DNA from: an uncultured Ignavibacteria bacterium
GTDB lineage: Bacteria > Bacteroidota > Ignavibacteria > UBA10030 > UBA6906
Direction: 5' to 3'
Length of the DNA: 64,000 nt
Assembly: GCA_963701735.1 (NCBI GenBank)
Contig: CAVPBI010000019.1
Span: forward strand, 948 to 64,947
The position numbers and the translations under genes were made by a program. The notes under the pieces were generated by a model that did not search any database, was not told the origin of the DNA, and saw only the letters and a list, made by a program, of their open reading frames with translations. Of the stretch, positions 59,723 through 64,000 are shown piece after piece. How positions within the stretch are numbered: the stretch's first letter is position 1; each line of letters opens with the position of its first letter.

Positions 59723-60616
59723 CTAGCCCGGTTGCCCTATCAGGTCGGTCTTCCTCTTCAAGAGCTGCGTTGCCTTCCACCCCTGGATTTCGAAGACCTG
59801 GGGCGTCGCCGACGTGCGTACGTAGTACTTCCCGGCCGCCGGGTGGGGGAGGAACACGAGCCGGACTCCATCCACGGCGAGCATGCCGGCGGGTTGCCCC
59901 ACCGTTGTGATCGCGGTGTCGACAAACTCATCGGCCACGATCGACGATAGTGCGGTCAGGAAACCTTCGACCCGTGTCGGATCAATCGTGGCACCATCCA
60001 CACGCCAGAGCGTGTCCACGCGGTCGAGCACGAAGGTGGTGTCCCCGTACTGGAACCGCACGCTCTTCACGCTCTCCTTTGCGGCCGCATAGATGGACCG
60101 GTCGCGCCAATCCTTCACGGGCTTCACGAACGTCCAGGTCAGCGAACCGTCGACGAGGTGCACGTCCACCGACCCTTCGCGCCGCACGTAGGTCTGCGTG
60201 TAGGTCGGGCCCGTCTTTCCGATTCTCACCGCCGCCTTCTCCGTCTCCTTCTCGAACACCCTCAGGAGCGTCGCGGTGGAGTCGACCTGGAAGACCCCCT
60301 GCTTCTGTGGATTCGATGAGGCGAGGGCCGTGATGATCATGTGCGAGGCCTGGCTGAGGGCCGTGCCGACGGCATTCTGATCCGCCTTGTACCGGATCGG
60401 CTCCGTGAGCATCCACGTGCCGCCTTCGCGAGCGAGCACCACGCGGGCACCTGCCGAAGATATCTCGAGGCGATTCACCGCTGCCGAGTCGAGCGTAAGG
60501 AGCGGCTCCCCCATTCCTGCGCGGGTGCTTTGTTCGCCCGGCCGCTGCGTGACGATCACCGCGGCGAGGATCAGAACGATGAGAATCGCGATCAGAACCA
60601 GCGTGCTTCGTTTCAT
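59723..60616 (-). CDS. DUF4340-domain protein, the usual partner of gldG in gliding ABC clusters.
   Basis: An N-terminal TM anchor is followed by a periplasmic domain. It lies directly downstream of gldG. Confidence 0.6.
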   Translation of the reverse strand: MKRSTLVLIAILIVLILAAVIVTQRPGEQSTRAGMGEPLLTLDSAAVNRLEISSAGARVVLAREGGTWMLTEPIRYKADQNAVGTALSQASHMIITALASSNPQKQGVFQVDSTATLLRVFEKETEKAAVRIGKTGPTYTQTYVRREGSVDVHLVDGSLTWTFVKPVKDWRDRSIYAAAKESVKSVRFQYGDTTFVLDRVDTLWRVDGATIDPTRVEGFLTALSSIVADEFVDTAITTVGQPAGMLAVDGVRLVFLPHPAAGKYYVRTSATPQVFEIQGWKATQLLKRKTDLIGQPG

Positions 60617-60617
60617 G

Positions 60618-62204
60618 TCAGGCGGCCTCCAGCGCCTTCCGTCGTGCGAGGCGGAGTTTCCAGCGCAGCAGACCGTATCCGATGATCAGGAGCGGCGGCA
60701 CGATGAGCGTGGCGTACTTGACGGTCCGCTTCGCACCGTCGGAGACCTGCTCGAGCGGCGGCATCGAGATGTCCTTCGAGCGGATGCCGATCAACCCGGC
60801 GTCATCGGCCAGATAGTCGATCATGTTTGCAAAGATTGTGACGTTGTCCCTGTTGCCGAGATACTGATCGCGCATGAACTCGCCGTCACCGATGAGAATG
60901 ACGCGTGCGTCGGAAGCCTGCCGTAGCGGCGACGCGAGCTGCGGGGCGGATCCGGCCGCGGTGTCGGACGGAACCGGCGTGTCTGCGAACGCGCTCCGGA
61001 GCGGACCGCTGATGCTCACGCCGAGCGGGATCGACTGTTCTGCGAAATCGGCGTCGGTGAACCGTGCCACGGGATCATACATGAACATCCCTGTCATGCG
61101 GCCGGCACGGGGCGAGGACCGCATCAGGAATTCACTCGTGAGCCCGCGGGCGGAAACCCCGGCCGTGTCGACGGAGCTCGCAAAGAACAGCACCACGCCC
61201 TGCAGGTCCTTCACCATCATGTTCCCCTCGCTGAAGGCGCTCACCATGGGGAGATACGGGAAGGGAACCTGGGACTGCATCGAAAAGCCCATCTGCTGCT
61301 GGACGATGCTGATGTTGGCGCACTGGACGTCCCGCACCAGGTCGGTGTTCAGCCGGAGCCCGTACGCGTTCAGCATGTCGCCCATGCCCAGCTCGAGCGC
61401 CCGGCCGAACCGGTTCTGCAGATTGGCGTCCACGGCATTCAGACAGAAGGCGACGCGACCCCCGCGCATCAGGTACTGGTCGATCTGGAACCGCACATGG
61501 TCCGGGATCGGCTGTGTCGGGGCGATCATCATGAGGGCCGCAACGTCCTGCGGTACGGGCGCGTTCCGGGCCAGGTCCACCGTTGCGGTCTCGTACTGCC
61601 GGCGCACGAGCTCCAGGACCCGGTTCATGTCATTCAACGGAGGCTCGCCCTGTCCGGTCAGGAATCCGATCTTCTTCCGCGTTGTGGTGGTCAGCCGCTT
61701 GATCGTGCTGCTGATCTCGTACTCCAGTCCGTTCGTGTTCTGGACGACGGGCAGGACTTCCTTCTTGTCCTCATACAGAAAGACCAGCCCGAGGTACCCC
61801 TTCTTGATTTCAAATTTGTCTTCCTTGACGACCTGCACCTGGACGGGGGCGACGCCCTGCTGCTGTGCCTCCTGCTCCGACTTCTCGTCGGACGGGTCGA
61901 TGAACTCGTACTGCAGGTTCCCGTGCGAGTATGCGCGGTACTCGTTCAGCTGGTCGAGCACCTCGCGCCGGTGGTTGTTGTACGGGGCCGGGAGGTCTTC
62001 CGTGAAATAGGCCTTGACCGTGACCCGATCGTCGAGCGACCGCATCAGCTCCTTGCTCGCGTCAGAGAGCGTGAAGAGCCCGTTGCGGGTGACGTCCAGC
62101 CGGCCGAAGATCCGGATGGACACGATGTTGAGCAGAATCAGAATGCCGAGGACGATCGCGGCGCGGGTGAGCGTCTGGACGCGCAGGCTTTTCATGACTA
62201 CCAC
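60618..62204 (-). CDS. gldG: GldG-like auxiliary component of the gliding-motility ABC transporter.
   Basis: It has N- and C-terminal TM segments and a large periplasmic domain. Its position downstream of gldF is conserved. Confidence 0.75.
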   Translation of the reverse strand: MVVMKSLRVQTLTRAAIVLGILILLNIVSIRIFGRLDVTRNGLFTLSDASKELMRSLDDRVTVKAYFTEDLPAPYNNHRREVLDQLNEYRAYSHGNLQYEFIDPSDEKSEQEAQQQGVAPVQVQVVKEDKFEIKKGYLGLVFLYEDKKEVLPVVQNTNGLEYEISSTIKRLTTTTRKKIGFLTGQGEPPLNDMNRVLELVRRQYETATVDLARNAPVPQDVAALMMIAPTQPIPDHVRFQIDQYLMRGGRVAFCLNAVDANLQNRFGRALELGMGDMLNAYGLRLNTDLVRDVQCANISIVQQQMGFSMQSQVPFPYLPMVSAFSEGNMMVKDLQGVVLFFASSVDTAGVSARGLTSEFLMRSSPRAGRMTGMFMYDPVARFTDADFAEQSIPLGVSISGPLRSAFADTPVPSDTAAGSAPQLASPLRQASDARVILIGDGEFMRDQYLGNRDNVTIFANMIDYLADDAGLIGIRSKDISMPPLEQVSDGAKRTVKYATLIVPPLLIIGYGLLRWKLRLARRKALEAA

Positions 62205-62914
62205 TTCCTCCTTTCCAGTGACATCGTGGCAAGAAGGAGCGAGAATCCGATCAGGGACGCAAAGTAGATCAGATCCCGCGAGTCGATGACGCCTCGGGCG
62301 ATGTTGGAGAAATGATAATCGATGCCGAGGAACTCGAATGTCGAGGCCAGACCCTCGGGCACGTAGATCAGCACCTTGTTCAGCAGGAACAGGGCGAGGA
62401 TGACCAGGAAACTGATGATGAACGCGACGATCTGGTTCTCCGTGAGGCTTGACGCGAGCAGGCCGATGCCGACGTAGACCGCCGCCATCAGGAGCAGGCC
62501 GAGGTAGCCGCTCACGGCAGGACCGATGTCCAGCGGGCCGAGGAAGGCGAGGACGATGACATAGAGCAGCGTTGGCAGCAGCGTGATCGCCACCAGCACC
62601 CAGGCGGCGAGGAATTTCCCGAGGACGATTTCGGAATCGCGCACGGGCCGCGTCGTGAGCAGCTCGAGGGTCCCCGTTTTCTGCTCCTCGGCGAGCAGGC
62701 GCATCGTGATCGCGGGGATGAAGAACAGAAAGACGAGCGGGACCAGCTCGAAGACCACCCGCATGGACGCCACGTTCATCAGAAAGAGGTTCGAGCTGAA
62801 GAACCAGCCCACGATGGCCAGAAACACGACGATGACAACGTAGGCCACCGGCGAGTTGAAGTATGACCGGAGCTCGCGCCGGTAGATGGTCAGAATCGTT
62901 CGAAGCGATGGCAT
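62198..62914 (-). CDS. gldF: ABC-2-type permease GldF.
   Basis: Six TM segments. It overlaps gldG and follows gldA. Confidence 0.75.
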   Translation of the reverse strand: MPSLRTILTIYRRELRSYFNSPVAYVVIVVFLAIVGWFFSSNLFLMNVASMRVVFELVPLVFLFFIPAITMRLLAEEQKTGTLELLTTRPVRDSEIVLGKFLAAWVLVAITLLPTLLYVIVLAFLGPLDIGPAVSGYLGLLLMAAVYVGIGLLASSLTENQIVAFIISFLVILALFLLNKVLIYVPEGLASTFEFLGIDYHFSNIARGVIDSRDLIYFASLIGFSLLLATMSLERRKW

Positions 62915-62916
62915 GG

Positions 62917-63861
62917 TCAGGCGATTGTCAGTTTATGGAACACATCCTCGAGCGTGGTGCCCTTCCGGTGCATTTCCAGGAGGACCCAGTTTTCCGAGAC
63001 CGCCAGGCGGAAGGCCGCCTCGCGGACGTCTGCCCCCTTCTCCACCTCCAGCTCAAACCGGCTGACCCCTTCGTGACGGGAGAGGAGCGTCACGTTTTTC
63101 GCGTACGCCAGGATCCGGAGCTTTGGCGCGACCATTTCGAGCGGATCGGCCGTGCCGGTCTTCACCTCCAGCGTCAGGGTTTCGCCCGAGGTGAACTGCC
63201 GCTGCAACTGTTCCGGGGTCCCGTCGGCCACGATCCCGCCCTCGTTGATGATCAGCACGCGGTCGCACGTGGCCTGCACCTCGGAGAGGATGTGCGTGGA
63301 GAGGATGACCGTCTTTGCCCGTCCGAGCTGGCGGATGAGCTTGCGGATCTCCACGATCTGGTTCGGGTCAAGGCCGCTGGTGGGCTCGTCCAGGATCAGG
63401 ACCTCGGGATCGTGGATCATGGCCTGCGCAAGTCCGACGCGCTGGCGATACCCCTTCGAGAGCTCCCCGATGTCCTTATGGCGGACGTCCTCCAGTCCGC
63501 AGACCCCGACCATTTCCTTCACGTTGCCCGGGATCGCCGCATCGGACATCCCCTGGAGCCGCGCCGAATAGTCGAGGTAGTCGAGGACGTTCATGTCATA
63601 GTACAGGGGGTTCATCTCGGGGAGATATCCGATCTTGCGCCGGACCTCGAGCGAGTGGTCGCTGATCGAAAGGCCATCCACCTCCACCGTCCCCGCGTTC
63701 GGGGGCATGTAGCAGGTGATGATCTTCATCGTCGTGGTCTTTCCGGCCCCGTTCGGCCCGAGAAAGCCGAGGATCTCGCCGGTGCGCACGTCAAAGGAGA
63801 TGTTGTTCACCGCTGCCTGGTCACCGTACTTCTTCACCAGATTGCGGACTGTGATCGCCAT
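62917..63861 (-). CDS. gldA: ABC transporter ATP-binding protein GldA.
   Basis: Walker A GPNGAGKTT, signature LSKGYRQRVGLAQA, Walker B LILDEPTSGLD. Confidence 0.85.
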   Translation of the reverse strand: MAITVRNLVKKYGDQAAVNNISFDVRTGEILGFLGPNGAGKTTTMKIITCYMPPNAGTVEVDGLSISDHSLEVRRKIGYLPEMNPLYYDMNVLDYLDYSARLQGMSDAAIPGNVKEMVGVCGLEDVRHKDIGELSKGYRQRVGLAQAMIHDPEVLILDEPTSGLDPNQIVEIRKLIRQLGRAKTVILSTHILSEVQATCDRVLIINEGGIVADGTPEQLQRQFTSGETLTLEVKTGTADPLEMVAPKLRILAYAKNVTLLSRHEGVSRFELEVEKGADVREAAFRLAVSENWVLLEMHRKGTTLEDVFHKLTIA

Positions 63862-64000
63862 GCGTTATTCTGCGCTGATGTGAGTGAGGACGCTGCGAGA
63901 CAAAACAAACAACGTCAAATCTATGAACGGGGGCGGGAATAATCAAGGAGCGGGGTGTTCCGGAATGACAAGCTTTGCAATGATATAACCGATGACGACG

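Overview
This is a high-GC (about 63-66%) bacterial chromosomal segment. Its gene content looks like an FCB-group organism: many secreted proteins with T9SS (Por secretion system) C-terminal sorting domains, a gldA/gldF/gldG gliding-motility ABC cluster, and a complete Bacteroides-type aerotolerance operon (moxR, DUF58, batA-batE). Two promoters that can be read directly are sigma70-like (TTGAAA-17-TATATT at 23421-23449, TTGACT-17-TATCAT at about 31455-31490), which does not fit the Bacteroidia TTTG consensus, so a Rhodothermota-, Ignavibacteriota-, Kapabacteria- or Gemmatimonadota-like lineage is more likely than Bacteroidia.

The housekeeping core is well supported: pyruvate dehydrogenase aceE-aceF-lpd, lipB, glk, ppx followed by a CHAD protein and sixA, a glutathione peroxidase, a pterin-4a-carbinolamine dehydratase, and an ArsR-linked thiol-redox/permease cluster ending in ccdA.

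Three things stand out:
- 9017-18749 looks like a roughly 9.7 kb integrated element. It is bounded by a 22-bp exact repeat of an internal tRNA-Pro segment, carries clustered CTGTTGACA arm-type repeats at both ends, encodes a tyrosine integrase with an in-frame TAG codon upstream of its catalytic Tyr, has lower GC (about 52-55%), and carries four T9SS-CTD cargo genes.
- A conserved 50-65-bp sequence element with core (T)GGACCCTG ... CCGTTGTAGAGCCCACCCGACGACC occurs five times in the first 17 kb. Every copy sits on the + strand, 40-200 bp upstream of a T9SS cargo gene or the Ser/Thr kinase gene. It matches nothing I recognise.
- At least seven conserved genes are each split by a single-base frameshift (aceF, lipB, gpx, the GH9/CE4 gene, a beta-lactamase-family gene, a BNR T9SS gene, an AsnB-like gene). 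That density points to indel errors in the assembly rather than real pseudogenes.

No CRISPR array, Cas gene, IS transposase or rRNA gene is visible.
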